A stretch of DNA of 64,000 bases from Octopus vulgaris (GCA_951406725.2 OX597828.1:21762001-21826000), one strand, 5' to 3'; shown: positions 1-15,687, counted from the first letter of the stretch. Numbers and translations: made by a program. Notes: generated by a model not told the origin, from the sequence alone.

Positions 1-1126
1 TATAACTGATGCATAACCCACCGGTTACATTTAGTGGCTAGATATCCTTCTATGTATCTATGTATCTATGTGTGTGTGCGTGCTCGTGCGTGTGTGGGCG
101 CGCGTATATATGTGTATGTATGTGTATGTGCATGTATATATTCACTTTCATACATACACCCCTAATTATGTACTTATATATATGTTTGTGTGTACATACA
201 TACTTACATAGATATGCACACGTGCGCAAACACATGAGTGCACGCACACGTGCACACACACACAATATACACACATACATATATGCAGTACAGTATCACT
301 AATCCCATATCATGAAATGCGCACTATTAGTGATTTTACCAAATTGCAGCCTGGATAAGTAGTTTAAGCGAAAATGCGCTTCAACCAGCCGCAAACCACT
401 TTATCTCACGTTTAAGATGCTTCCCGTAAATCGTTACCTGTTGGTTAATAAAGAAACAGGAAACATTATTTGAAAAAATCAAATGAAATTTTAATGTCTT
501 AAAGGAAAAACTTCATTAGTAGTTCTTCCAAAGTTCAGAGCTGGAATTTGCAACGATGCATATGTGAATGTCTTGACGTGAAAGGCTGTCAAGTTCGGCA
601 TCTTCTTGAGGTGAAAGTTTACCAGGATTCTTTGTCTTTTCATTCTGCAAGCTGATTAAAATCTCAAGAACTGATGACAACTGTGGCAACACACTCACGT
701 GTGCAGATCTTGAAGGAACCGGATTCCGAAAGATGAGTTCGCTGTTTAGTTACTTTTTTTTAACATATCACGTTCTAAGCTAACCTGTCTCATGTATTTT
801 AACCTTTCTTTGATTAGTTCATCCTGTTGCAGTTAAACTTTCATTATTTCTTGTTTATTTATATAACTCTGTGCCTTTAGAACTTTTAGCAGTTCACCTA
901 CCAACCTGAAATAATGTATGTATAGAGACTTTCTTCTACATTTCACATGTTTGCATCACTGTTCTTCTTCTCCGCAGAATTGTTGTTGCGATCTTACAGT
1001 CATCTCTACAATTACATCCGAGTTAAGTCTAATTACGAACAGTGGCTGCAACTTCATCTACATTTATTCATTCCGCAAAATTATTTTCATGCATCCATGT
1101 GTATTCATACATACATACATACATAT

Positions 1127-1194
<68 letters not shown>

Positions 1195-1247
1195 ACATGT
1201 ATGTATACACATGGATGGATGAAAATAATTTTGCGGATAGATTGTTA

Positions 1248-1417
1248 GCCACTACACATTCTTTAGTTTCTCTCCTTGTTTCTTTCTGTGTTCCCTTCCG
1301 TGGAAGAGCGTAGGCTCGAAACGTTAAAGACTTTTTCACTTCCCGCGCGCTATACTAATACATCTGTTCGTTGTCTACACCACTTGTCTTCGTCTTTTGC
1401 TTTTTGTGAATTCACCC

Positions 1418-1418
<1 letters not shown>
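1248..1418 (+). mobile_element. Short Penelope pLTR-like element with degenerate hammerhead motif, ending in (TA)n
   Basis: Contains GA-A-GAGC-gtag-GCTC-GAAAC-GTT (1294-1329). A close homologue lies on the minus strand at 51804-51961. Confidence 0.6.
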
Positions 1419-1477
<59 letters not shown>

Positions 1478-1949
1478 CGGTATAAATATATGTAGGAATG
1501 TATGTTTATATAGGTGTGTATCTATATGTTGTTCTATCTATCTATCTGCCTGTCTCTCTCTCTGTTTCCCTGTCTTTCTCTTTGTCTCATAGTATTTCAC
1601 TCTTTGTATACCAACACGTGCGCACACACACACAGACGCATCCACACATGTATAGGTACGTTTTACAATATATGAATTAAAATACAGGCAAAATATCTAT
1701 GAATACGGCATTATTATTCGAAATATAACACCAGTGTTATTATAAAACCAGTTCAAAAATTCTTTTGCCCTCTATGAATATATCTTTAATAATTAACTGC
1801 ACCAGAATCTTTCTTATTTATAGTACTGTAACTTCCAGGCAACCGTAGGCGTTGTGTCCAATTTTCTTCTATGAACAAGTTTGATCAAGATGAGAAATAC
1901 ACGTCTAATTTAAATACATGTATGAAGACCTAAATACCCTACCTACCCT

Positions 1950-2450
1950 ACCTTACCAGGAATCATTACAAAGGCGCCCTCACTTGACAGTGACTTGCAA
2001 ATAGCTCGCTTGCAAAAAGCTCCGTATAGTGGTGACCAGTAAGTCGCTGTATTCGTCAGGAGAGAATGCTCGCCGTTTGAGAGCCCTCACTAGATAAAAT
2101 GAATAGTACTCGATCTTAAATCCGCCAGGACATGATCATCAGCACCGTTTGATCATTCAGGTCTGAATTGACATATAGACACAGAGATACCTGCCTCACG
2201 ATCTATATCACTTCTCCAACCAAGTTTCCTCAACGCTTTCCAGCTATGTCTAATGGCTGATTTTCTCAAGTGTTGACCGGATATCGTTCATTATGGCGTT
2301 CACACGACGATGATACTCGCCGATTGATGACAAATACAATCTCAGACTGGTTCCAATAACACCTCGAAATCCGCGCTGAATTTGGTACGTCTTGACGGCC
2401 CTAGTAACTGGGAGGAATACTTGACACTTTGCTGAATAATTAGTGACTCA
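1950..2450 (-). mobile_element. Possible highly decayed LINE reverse transcriptase fragment
   Basis: Minus-strand translation gives QRGFRGVIGT, which resembles the RT QxGFR motif. It is stop-ridden and no later motifs are clear. Confidence 0.25.
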
Positions 2451-2992
2451 TTCTCAGAAAACGCAATGGGATAAATCATATTATTATCGATTCCTTCAAC
2501 GAGAAAAAAACATTCACCTTATCTTTCGACCTGCTAGAATTTGTAGCCATATTTCTTAATCACGTCTTATCTAAATAGAGGAACAACACTTACGACAATA
2601 TAATACAAGATATTAAATAAAAACACGATGGCCGCGACTAGAAAAACCTTTGATCAATTTTTGATGGATAAGGTTTGACGATCCTGAGTAAAACATATAC
2701 CAGGGAATAACATCAGTAACAACAATAAGAAGAAGAACAAGAGAAGAAAAGCAAAAGAAAAGAAATGCAAAACATAAACAATAGAGCAGCAACAACAACA
2801 GAAATGTGAAGAAGAACAAGAGAAACATCAACTCTTCAAAATGGTAAAATTCCGACTAGAAGCGAAAGCACATCAATGTTAATATAAGAATTCAAGAGAT
2901 TCTGAGCCAAGTAGGCGACAACAAAATATCGCATCTGCCATTTTGACTATTCGACAAAAGAGAAATATCAAACTATCATAACAAAAACAAGT

Positions 2993-3435
<443 letters not shown>

Positions 3436-3684
3436 GAACAATTTTGACTTTTTCGGATTTTGGAAAAGAAATATAGGTAGAAATGTAGACACAACAGCAA
3501 CGAGAGAAACACATAGACAGGCAAAGGCATCGAGAGAGTGACGCATGCGCATAAGAGAAACGTACACGTATGTGTAGTGAGTTTGCATACACGTAGGCAC
3601 ACACTCACACAGACACACATATACATACATATACATACATATACATAAATAAATACATAAATATATATACATACACGCAAACAC

Positions 3685-3761
<77 letters not shown>

Positions 3762-4328
3762 TATGTACATGTATATATACATATATATAACTTCCCAAAC
3801 TCCATTTTCTTGCGAGCAAGAATGGGAAACTGACTCCGAATATAGACACATATGCAAAGTTATGACATAAGCGTATGTTTGTTTGTATGCATAAATGTAT
3901 AAAGATGTGCGCGCGCGCGTGTGTGTATGTGTGTGTGTGTGTACGACTCTATGAATGACTGTTATTTCATTTGTTATAGTCACACCCACACGCATACTCA
4001 TGTTTATGTATATATATATATATATATATATTTATTTATATATATGAATTATAAGTGTGTATATTCATATGAGTGCATTTTTTTTACCTCTTCCCCTTTT
4101 TTCTTCTTATTTTCATTTCTCTTTTCTTTTGTTCCTTTTCCTTTTTTCTTCTTTTTAAATTTTATTTTTTGTTCTTTTTCTTCCCTTTTACGATCCCTTT
4201 TGATCGAAAACTTACGCCACCTAATTTTTTGTTTCTTTTGTTTTTTGTTTTTTTCATCCCCCAAAAGAAAAGCTCTACCTTGTAACTTGTCCCATCTGTG
4301 TGCAGTCCTGTGTGGCCAATAAAGAAAC

Positions 4329-4871
<543 letters not shown>

Positions 4872-5076
4872 ATTGGTATCTGTCTGTCTGACTGTCTGTA
4901 TGTCTCCCTGTCTAGCTGTCTGTTTGTCTATGTATGTATCTGTCTATCTCTCAGTCTATCTATTTAACTAAGTATCTGTCTGCCTGTGTGCCTATACATA
5001 TCTATATCTATGAATATTTGAATATATATACTTATATGTAATGTCTGTGGAGAATATATATATATATATACATATA

Positions 5077-5138
<62 letters not shown>

Positions 5139-5914
5139 TATAGATATATATAGATATAGATATATATATAGATAGACAGATATATAAATACATAGATAGA
5201 TAGATATGCATATACATACGCATATACATACGGTTGTTCTGAAGGTCAAGGAGGCTAATCCTACATAAAACAATCGAACATTTGACAATTGAAATGTCAA
5301 GGAATTTATATTATTATTGTTTCTTATGTTTTGTAAAATAATTTGGGTTTTGTTTTCTTGTTTTTTTTTTTTTAGTGTATTTTTTACAACTGTCTGTTTT
5401 TTCCTGTTGTTATTGTTGTTGTCATTTTGTTTTATATTTTTGCATTTATTTATTTATTTATTTATTTTCTTTTTGTTATTGTTCGTAATATTTATATTAA
5501 CATTGTTTTTGAATTAACAATTGAAAAAACATAAAAGAGTTCGGAAACAATAAAATATGAAGATTATGAAATTAGAAGCGCTATACCGAAAACAATGGCA
5601 ACAAAAAGAGCTGCAGCAGCAGCAAGAAGAAGAGGAAGTAGAAGAAGATGAAGAAGAAGAAGAAGAAGATGAAGAAGAGGAAGAAGAAGAAGATGAAGAA
5701 GAAGAAGAAGAAGAAGAAGAAGAAGAAGAAGAGCAACAACAATAACAACAATATCAACAGCAACAAGAACCAGCGTCAAGCCAAACAGCAACAACGAGAG
5801 TAAGGAACATAAGATCAGCTTCAATATCTCTCTTTAACCACTTTTTTGCTCCTCAAACGTTAAAGCAAGAGAAGCACAAATATGACTGAAATCTAAAATA
5901 ACAAGAGTCAAAGC

Positions 5915-6294
<380 letters not shown>

Positions 6295-6295
6295 A

Positions 6296-6371
<76 letters not shown>

Positions 6372-6373
<2 letters not shown>

Positions 6374-6498
6374 GCCGGAGCCCTGGGGACGGTGAGTAAA
6401 AATCTTGAGAAGCACATGGAACCAAATAGGGGCTGCAATAAGGGTGGGGCACTTGCAGAAAACAGTTCTGTTTGGAACTGCTCGAATACTCGAATATA

Positions 6499-6500
<2 letters not shown>
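6372..6500 (+). mobile_element. Second R4/Dong family C-terminal fragment
   Basis: GALGTVSKNLEKH / QIGAAIRVGHLQKTVLFGTARIL (one frameshift), lying between (GAT)n and (TAA)n. Confidence 0.75.
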
Positions 6501-6529
<29 letters not shown>

Positions 6530-6570
6530 TGTTGTTGTTGTTGTTGTTATTATTATTATTATTATTATTA

Positions 6571-6631
<61 letters not shown>

Positions 6632-6658
6632 CATCATCATCATTATTATTATTATTAC

Positions 6659-6704
<46 letters not shown>

Positions 6705-6723
6705 GTTATTGTTATTATTGTTG

Positions 6724-6778
<55 letters not shown>

Positions 6779-7161
6779 TACTATTCTAATTATATTACTT
6801 CGAAGTTAGTGTGAACAACATTATTGTTTAAGTTGTTAAGCTGCGATGGCTGGTAACAGTAGTTTGTGCATGATTATATTATCAAAGTTCATTGACTTTA
6901 TCGAAGTTTGTTTAGTTTTTGGTGAATGTGTGACAACAAAATGTGATGTTGTATTTATGAGTCATATCAATACCGAAAAATAAGCTGCATACTCTTACGA
7001 TTGCTGTAATGACAATTATACAGTTAACAATGCAGTTAACGAAAGCTAAACGGCATACACTAATATCTATGTGACCAGTAGAAGTGTTGGGATAGAAGCG
7101 AAAGGCATACAGGAAAACGTACGGAAAACTCAACACAAAAATGCATTACAGCTTATGTATA

Positions 7162-7462
7162 TTTGTTCCTTCTTGAGCCATGCCTGGCACATAAGGGCCG
7201 GTTTCCCGGTTTCCTTGGCGTATAGGTTCCACGCCTGGACGCGACACCGGTCCGTCGCTGGTGAGCTGCAAGATGCATGAAGAAAGAGTGAGAGAAATCT
7301 GTGGCGAAAGAATCAGCAGAAGTTTGCCATTACCTTCTGCCGGAGCCGCGCGGAGCTTAGGTGTTTTACTCATAAACGCACACATCGCCCGGTCTGAGAT
7401 TCAAACCCACGATCCCTCGACCGCGAGTCCGCAGCTCTAACTACAAAGCCTTATGCCTCCAC
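7162..7462 (-). mobile_element. tRNA-derived SINE (family B, tail type 1) with 14-bp TSD
   Basis: A/B-box head at the right end. TSD ACAGCTTATG(T/C)ATA at 7148-7161 and 7463-7476. Homologous to 31209-31520. Confidence 0.85.
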
Positions 7463-8430
7463 ACAGCTTATGCATAGCCATGATAAAATACGAAAGAAAA
7501 TATTTCCAAATCCTAAGTGGCACCCACTGTATAAATCCAGCATAGGACAAGAAATTCTCGATTGCTATAAAGTGGTTGTAGGTAAGAGATGATTTCTTTG
7601 GCAAATACTTCAACTAGATACGTAGAAGGAAATAGGTAGCACGCCGCATGTTCTATCTTGTTGAGAAGAAAAGTAGATGACGAAACACCATGACATTTCG
7701 GAAGGATAGCAATACGTAAACACACTCTTGTTTTCCTTCATATAAAATAGTCTAGGCTCATTGATTCAGTTTACATCTGTCATACAGACATTGGTTTCAC
7801 ACTTTATCCACAACCCAGTCTTTGTCTGTCTTTAACAGAGTCTATTTTGCTGTAAGCCATGTCATTGGTCAGAGGAGAACTTCCACTTCTCTTAATCTGT
7901 CTCCAAGGCACTGAGACAGCACAAATGGCACTGATTTTCTGTCTTTGATTACATCATAAATAAAATGTACTGGCCAAGGGTTCTCTCCGGTCTTCACCCA
8001 AACCCAATGGCGCTTGTACAAATCATTACAGTTTTGTTCTGACTTAAAAACCTCATTATAACAACTATATACTTTAATATTGATATACTTATTGAGCTTC
8101 GCCTCTGTGGACGTATGCTTATAAACATTCTTCTCTTGTGACTCTAATCGATTTGCACAATCCTCAGAGTATTTTTCTCGGCTTCGTCTTGAAGTCGTTG
8201 TGATTACCGGGTGATATGCATTGACAAAAATCCACTTATATTTGATTCCGGACACCATATTTCCGTATTACCCACTAACTCCGATAACAAAAATGCGTTA
8301 ATGTACCAGCTTCTCGGGAATCGAATAGGAGTTGTCTCCCCTAAATATTTTACCCGATATTGCAAATTTATACATCTGTTTTATTACTGTAGCACACGGT
8401 GGACGTGGTCGACATATTACATTAGGTTCA

Positions 8431-8620
8431 GTGAAGGCGGCGGGATGGCAGAATCGTTAGCACGCCGGAGAAAGCGCTTGGCGGCAGTCCACCGGCTTCA
8501 AGTTCTGAGTTCAAATTCAATATTTCATACTTTCGGGGTCAATATACACTTGGGTCGATGTAATCGCCCGATTACGACCGCCAAAATTTTAGGCTGCGTG
8601 TATTTGGTGGAAAATATATT
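8431..8620 (+). mobile_element. tRNA-derived SINE with Nin-like domain (family C), degraded
   Basis: GGCGGCGGGATGGCAGAATCGTTAGCACGCCGG...GAGTTCAAATT...TTCATACTTTCGGGGTC. Homologous to 47607-48040 and 59884-60040. Confidence 0.75.
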
Positions 8621-9030
8621 AGATTCAGATAGCTACCACTGTAACAATTGGTGAACATTTCTCAATGAAACTCATACAACTAATTACGTCATTAATCACG
8701 TGCCCAGATTGACGGAACTGGTGCCGACACCAAGGAAATGACTACGGCAAAGATCAGATTCCAATTTGATTCTTGTGTAGCATAAATATGAATATGTTTA
8801 AAAAGGAGAATACCCTAAAAGAGATTCGGGGTACCGAGAGTTTCATGCATGGGAGGCCAAGACCTCTGGGCATTTCAATAGATTTTATAATATCCTGAGA
8901 ATTCACAATATTAAAAACCTATAAAGACTCATGTATTGAGTCCTATTCTGCAGTTTCTTCCACCAAAGTTATAAGTGGGTGTGTATGTGCATATATATGT
9001 AAGTAGTGTATGTATAAAGACATACACATA

Positions 9031-9060
<30 letters not shown>

Positions 9061-9067
<7 letters not shown>

Positions 9068-9398
9068 TTAGAGACAAAACCACTATTATGCAAATCAAAC
9101 AAAGAAAGACTTAATCCAATACATAAAAAAATTTTATATAAATTAAATAAAATTAAGTTATCCACTACAATTGTTTCTTGTCACTTCTAAGGACATTCAT
9201 CAGGTGGTTTTCAGACCTTCTATTCAATTTTAAATTATATAATTTTTTTATGTATTGGATTAAGTCTTTCTTTGTTTGATTTGCATAATAGTGGTTTTGT
9301 CTCTAATTAATATTATATAATATTTTACTATAAAATTGGATTCAATCCTAAATCTGATTTTTCCCTGTAAATTTGGATTTATTCCCTAATATTTATTA

Positions 9399-9403
<5 letters not shown>
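9061..9403 (-). mobile_element. Fold-back Penelope-like short element between two (TA)n tracts
   Basis: Perfect 73-bp inverted repeat (9061-9133 / 9241-9313) enclosing a hammerhead motif, followed by a ~90-bp tail. Confidence 0.7.
9162..9207 (-). ncRNA. Minimal type I hammerhead ribozyme motif
   Basis: Minus strand: CCAC-CTGATGA-aTGTC-cttagaagt-GACAa-GAAAC-aatt-GTA-GTGG. Stems I, II and III pair, with a GUA cleavage triplet. Confidence 0.75.
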
Positions 9404-9435
<32 letters not shown>

Positions 9436-9457
9436 CATATGTCAACATATGTATACA

Positions 9458-9505
<48 letters not shown>

Positions 9506-9617
9506 CGTGCGTACGTCTTTATATGTATCTGTATATATATGTGCTTATCGCAATCTACCTCTCTATCTCTGTTTTTGTTCTCTTCCTCTCTCTCTCCCTT
9601 TCTCTCACTCTCTCTCA

Positions 9618-9651
<34 letters not shown>

Positions 9652-10312
9652 GCACATGTGTATATATGTATGTATATTATAGGTAAGGAAATAATACAGT
9701 GATTTAATGTCACATTTAATCACAAAAATAAGTATATACACATATTTTTCTATTCTCATATATATGTGTGTTTTGTGTGGAAGTTTATGTGTGTGTGTGT
9801 TTTTATACATACATGTACACCCCGTCAGCCATATATGTATGAATAAATCTACAATAAATATGTGTGTGTTTGCGTGTGTACGTATGTATGTATGTATGTG
9901 TATGCGTGAGTGTGCGCATGTGTGAAATTTTTCCCTCTTGTTCATATTCTCCGTATCCAATACTTACCACTACAAATGATTTTTCTTTTATTCTGAAGAT
10001 GAACATAATAGATTACTAGTTGGTCTTTTTTAGCCCATTTTTTTCTCCTTACCAGCAAGAAATCAAAGACTAATCTATTTTTTCTGCCGGACCGTTGTTA
10101 TCGCAGACTATCACGTGATTCTATTCCTCAGCTTTGAAGTCACATTCTTTGGCAGGCGGTCTCTTCTGGTAAAGAATTACAGAATAAGATGTTGAAATGT
10201 CCAATTTTAAGTTCGTGTCATTTTTTTGTAAGAAATTGTTAATTTTTTTTCGTTTACATAATTCTATTTAAATAACAAAGAATAGTAAAATCTCAACTGT
10301 CTGTTTCTCTGC

Positions 10313-10375
<63 letters not shown>

Positions 10376-10376
10376 A

Positions 10377-10428
<52 letters not shown>

Positions 10429-10679
10429 GTCTATCATTCTCTTTCTTTTCTCTTTACCCCTCTCTCATTATATATACAAAAATACGATCCTCTCAAACAC
10501 ACACTCTCTCTCTCACACACATACATGCACATGTACACAGACACACACATTAAAAATGAGAATAAGGGCGCATTGTTTCTGCCAGTCTATATAATTATGT
10601 ATGAATGTATGTGTGTATTTATGTTTGTATATATACATTCTCAACCCACACACACGGACGCACATGCACGCACACATAT

Positions 10680-11130
10680 CTTTCGTTTTCTACTTGTTCC
10701 AACCATGAGACTGCGGCCATTCTGAGGCACCACCTTCACGAATTTTAGTCGAATGAATCGACTCTAGTATATTTTATTTTGGCCCGGTTCTCATTCTATC
10801 AGAACCTTCGGCCGAACCGCATGGTTACGGTGACTTAAACATATCAACACCTGTTAGCAATCGGCAGTGGGGGACAATAAAACACACACACACACACACA
10901 CATACACATACACAGAGGCACACACACACACACACACCCACCCACCCACACACACAAACACACACACACACACACACTTACAAACACATAACTGTCTACC
11001 TACCTAATCTTCTCAGAAGGATCTGGTCATCTCGAGGTTATAGAAGAAAACATCCGCACAAGGGGCCACGCATTGGGAGTGAACTCGGGACCATAGAGTT
11101 AAGAAGTAAGTTTCTGACCACAGAGTCGTG
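10680..11130 (-). mobile_element. SINE family A (internal microsatellite), diverged
   Basis: Head and tail blocks match 15430-15857 and 28371-28775 and are separated by (CA)n. Confidence 0.7.
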
Positions 11131-11315
11131 TTTACATACATACATACATGCATACATACATACATACATACATACATGCATACATACATACATACATACA
11201 TACATGCTAACATACATACATATTAAAATACATACATAAATATATACATACATACACACAAGTACATACATACATGCATACATATATACATACATATATA
11301 CCTACATACATACAG

Positions 11316-12080
11316 GTGAAAGGATGAGTCTATATGAGCAGAAGACTATGCATGGATATGTTATTAGAAAACTCTGTGATGATATTAACATCGATCGTCA
11401 AAGCAGTTTACTACTTCCCACTTTGAAGAGTATGCGTTTGCAATACAGAAACCGGAAATATCAACCAAATGCCTGATGTACAAAAGGGATAGAGATGCAG
11501 GTAAAACCGTAAAATGTGACAACCGATGCACGCTTTGTGGAGTTCACACTGAATATATCACCCACATCATAGGTATTATCTATTAGGGTATTATCTACTG
11601 ATGAGACATGATGTTGTAGCTAGGACACTCCATAATGAAATCTGTCGGAAGGATAACCTTGAGGACAAACAAATAAAAACCGAGAGTATAGTAGAAGCCA
11701 TAGCTACTCATAATAAAAAGGAGTGCTCGGGGAAAGTACCAGTGAAGACCTCAATAAAATGTTAGTACAACAGACCTGATATAATGAGTTGGGATAGAAA
11801 AGAGAAGTTGTGTACAGTTGTGGAAATTAGCTGTCCAGCAGATGTTAACGTAAAGCTGAAGATCAGTGAAAAAGAGAACACCTATGCTGAACTATTAAGA
11901 AATCTGCAGATCACAAGTTCAGGTTTATACCTGTAATTGTTGGCGCACTGAGATATGTTACACACTGCCTATATACCAATCACAAAACCAAAAAGGAGAA
12001 AGCTAATTCGAAGACTACAGATCCAATCCATCACTGGAACTGTAAATATATGTGAAACTTTCCAGAAGTTTATCGTTTTT
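11316..12080 (+). mobile_element. 5'-truncated R4/Dong-type LINE: CCHC knuckle plus restriction-like endonuclease
   Basis: SHFEEYAFAIQKPEIST...RCTLCGVHTEYITH, MRHDVVA, NRPDI, VEISCPAD, KENTY and PVIVGAL, with stops and frameshifts. 12462-12705 may be its 3' UTR beyond the nested SINE (inference). Confidence 0.85.
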
Positions 12081-12096
12081 ATATATATATATATAT

Positions 12097-12401
12097 CACG
12101 TGATCACGTGACCGACCAGTCCATCAGATGTAGTTATACATCACTGGTCACAATGTGTTCGCATTGTTTTAGCCTTCGAATGACGCCACTCCGCTGGCAA
12201 AGCGAGCAGGCTAACAGAAGAAAGAGTGGGAGAAAGAGTGGTGAATGAGTACAGCAGGGATCACCACCCACTGCCGGAGCCTCGTGGAGCTTTTTTAGGT
12301 GTTTTCGCTCAATAAACACTCACAACGCCCGGTCTGGGAATCGAAACCGCGATTCTACGACCGCGAGTCCGCTGCCCTAACCACTGGGCCATTGTGCCTC
12401 C
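12097..12401 (-). mobile_element. tRNA-derived SINE (family B, tail type 2)
   Basis: Minus strand: A box TGGCCCAGTGG, B box GGTTTCGATTCC. The tail ends in CACGTGAT repeats next to (TA)n. Partial copies at 39591-39740 and 53041-53215. Confidence 0.9.
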
Positions 12402-12408
12402 ACACACA

Positions 12409-12465
<57 letters not shown>

Positions 12466-12707
12466 GAGCATGTCCAGATATGCAACTATATGAATGACAA
12501 TACATGTATAAATCGTACAAATCTGTTCATACATACATATACACTTACATACACACAAACAAACATACACATATACATACATGCATGCATACATACAAAA
12601 ATACCCTGTTGTTGATGTTGAAATTCCAATGAAGGAGTCTTGGATCTAGGTTAGAAATCGATTCTTTCTCTACCGTCAAGAAATCTTGAAATAAATTGAA
12701 TAATGAC

Positions 12708-12746
<39 letters not shown>

Positions 12747-12825
12747 TGTATGTGTGCGCGCGCGCGCGTGTTTGTGTGTGTGTATTAAAAGTCAGGGTAC
12801 CACATATACCTGTTTGCATGAAAGG

Positions 12826-13068
12826 AGAATAAAATTCTCCAAACCACGTATATCTCACTATATGTAAACACACTCTGAGATGGTAGAAATTTACGTTTCG
12901 AAAGACGGTTTTTCCAGTTTGTAAATCTACAAACAAGATTCTGAAAACGAAAGATACTGGAATATCTATCCTCCTGTTTGTAGATTTACAAACTGGAAAA
13001 AAAAACCCTTTACTAAATGTGTGTTTACTTATAGTGAGAAATACGTGGTTTCGAGAAAATTATTCTTC
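12826..13068. repeat. Nested imperfect palindrome (MITE-like or fold-back)
   Basis: Inner arms TTTTTCCAGTTTGTAAATCTACAAACA / TGTTTGTAGATTTACAAACTGGAAAAA. Outer arms AAACCACGTATATCTCACTATATGTAAACACAC / GTGTGTTTACTTATAGTGAGAAATACGTGGTTT. Confidence 0.8.
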
Positions 13069-13188
13069 ATTCAAACAACCAGGTACATATATATTTTGCG
13101 TATTTTGATAGGTTTGGTAAACCACTTTATCATTGTTTTTCAAAGATAATGATAACTTATTTGACGTTTGTATACACACACGCACACA

Positions 13189-13285
<97 letters not shown>

Positions 13286-13477
13286 TTATTCACCAAATTT
13301 CAAATAAGTATTCATTGTCGTTTGGATTCATCATTTTTCTTTTTACTTAGATAAAAAGTGTGTTATTGTCTCGGAGATCTTTATGGTATTTGAAAAGACA
13401 TTAGCGTCTGTTTCAAATTCAGTACGTGGCGAGGCACTCAGCTGAGCCTTGATTATAAGATTATAATTATATATAGA

Positions 13478-13517
<40 letters not shown>

Positions 13518-14044
13518 AGTGTTTTGAAACATCGGATGAGTATGGAGGTCCACTAGAATAAAAAGGGTGTTCTTAGATAAAATAAAAGAATTGGTAGACA
13601 ACTCCTGGTATAGAGTATCCTCTTTTAATACTCCACAAGGTCACTGCCTAGATGACAAGAATTCTGTTATGAAGTAAGGGCAAAGAAGGAAGACGGGAGT
13701 GACTATTCTGCATAATTGAAAGAGGTATATATATATATTTAGGTATCATAAATTTCAGACATATATTTGTCTCCTTAAAGCGATTATCATAAGACCAGCT
13801 CTTGTTCTAGCGATATCTGTATTTCCGTGTATGTGTGTGTGTGAGCTCCCGAGTGTATGTATGTCTGTATTGATAATTGAATACATGTAAATTCAACTTA
13901 TAGATCTGTTTGGAGAACAGTGGAACTATGATTATATGGAAATTAGTAATACCTTATGTCTCTGCATATATATCTCCCTATATCTCTGTCTCTCATTCTC
14001 TGACTTTCCTTATCCCTCTCAATATCCATAGGTGTGTGCGTGCA

Positions 14045-14085
<41 letters not shown>

Positions 14086-14363
14086 TGTGTGTGTGTGTGT
14101 GTTTGTGTATGTATGTGTATGTGCGTGTTTGTGTGTATACATGTAAACATGCATATATGTATATAATTATATGTGTTTGTGTGTTTATATATATAGCTTA
14201 TATGAATGTATGTATATGTATATATATATATATATGTTTATATATATGTGTATATATGTATATATATATATATACTTACATATATGTATGTATATTTGCA
14301 TATTCATACATATACATGTATACATATATACATATACATATCTATCTATATATATATATAAGC

Positions 14364-14398
<35 letters not shown>

Positions 14399-15341
14399 CC
14401 TGTGTGTGTGTATGTAAACTTCTGTAGGTGTGTATATGAACGTGTATCTGCTAAAAATAAAGTACATATGCGCACATGGGAGTAGACATGCATTAAATAT
14501 CGAACTGAGAGTACTACACACACGTATGCCCGTACACATACTCGCATAGATGCACACACTCACACACGCGCACACATACATATGCATACGTACATATGCA
14601 CATGCATATATACATACATACATATATATATATATATACGCAACACATGTGTGTCATACTTATTGATATCATAGCTGAGGAATCATACATATTAATCTGC
14701 GTTCATATATAGCATTCCAAAGAGGTTATCTCCTTTGTGGCGCCATCTATGAACAGTTTAAGACATAACTTCTTTCCTATAATTATAAATGAAAGAATTA
14801 AAGACATTTCCTTGTTTGTTTGACCTTAGGCAGTGTTTCTTAATATCAAAGAACAATAAAAAATTATGTAGTGTCCTATGTGCCGTGTATGTGCCTTCGT
14901 GTCCCTGTACGTCTATGGGTTGTGTATGGGTTGTGTATGGGTTGTGTTGTGTATATGTGTACGTGTATGCATGTGCTTAGTTTTATATTTTATGCCTGTT
15001 TATTCTCATTTGAATACCAGTGTTATATATTAAGCAGATATATACACACATATGTACACCTGTAGGTATATATAAATACCAACCCGCTCTCTTTACTTGT
15101 ATGTTTTGGCATATATATATGGACATAAATACATAGATGTAGATCAATACACAAGTATCCGGAAGAATCTAGGGATATGAAGACGCAGGACGCCAGAAAT
15201 GGCTAGGTCCGATAGCATAATGTCAAATTGAGGATGTAACTGCAATGTTACTGACAACTTTTTGCTTGCGAAAATTAATAAATGTGTACTATATGAAAAT
15301 GTATATATTGATAGTATGACTTTAATTTCTTGTTTAAATAG

Positions 15342-15410
<69 letters not shown>

Positions 15411-15429
15411 TATGTGTGTGTATATATCT

Positions 15430-15640
15430 TTCTCTTTTCTATTTTATTCGTTTCAGTCATTTAACTGCAGCCATGCTGGAGCACCGCGTTTAATCGAGCA
15501 AATCAACCCGAAGACTTATTTTTGGGAAGCCTAGTACTTATTCTATCGGTCTCTTTTGCCGAGCCGCTAAGTTACGAGGACGTAAACACACCACCATCGT
15601 TTGTCAAGCGATGTTGGAGGGAACAAACGCAGACACACAA

Positions 15641-15687
<47 letters not shown>

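Noticed and set aside
516-760. Short complex ORF as a possible host exon
   Set aside because: No recognisable motif or convincing splice context.
5557-5745. Glu/Gln-rich ORF
   Set aside because: Explained by (GAA)n and (CAG)n repeats.
7510-8400. 129-aa minus-strand ORF, possibly a decayed Tx1/L1 3' end
   Set aside because: Only a faint C..IEHA hint, too degraded to call.
12330-12401. tRNA gene-like sequences here and at 39591, 59519 and 22005
   Set aside because: They continue into SINE bodies and lack a proper acceptor stem, so they are not tRNA genes.
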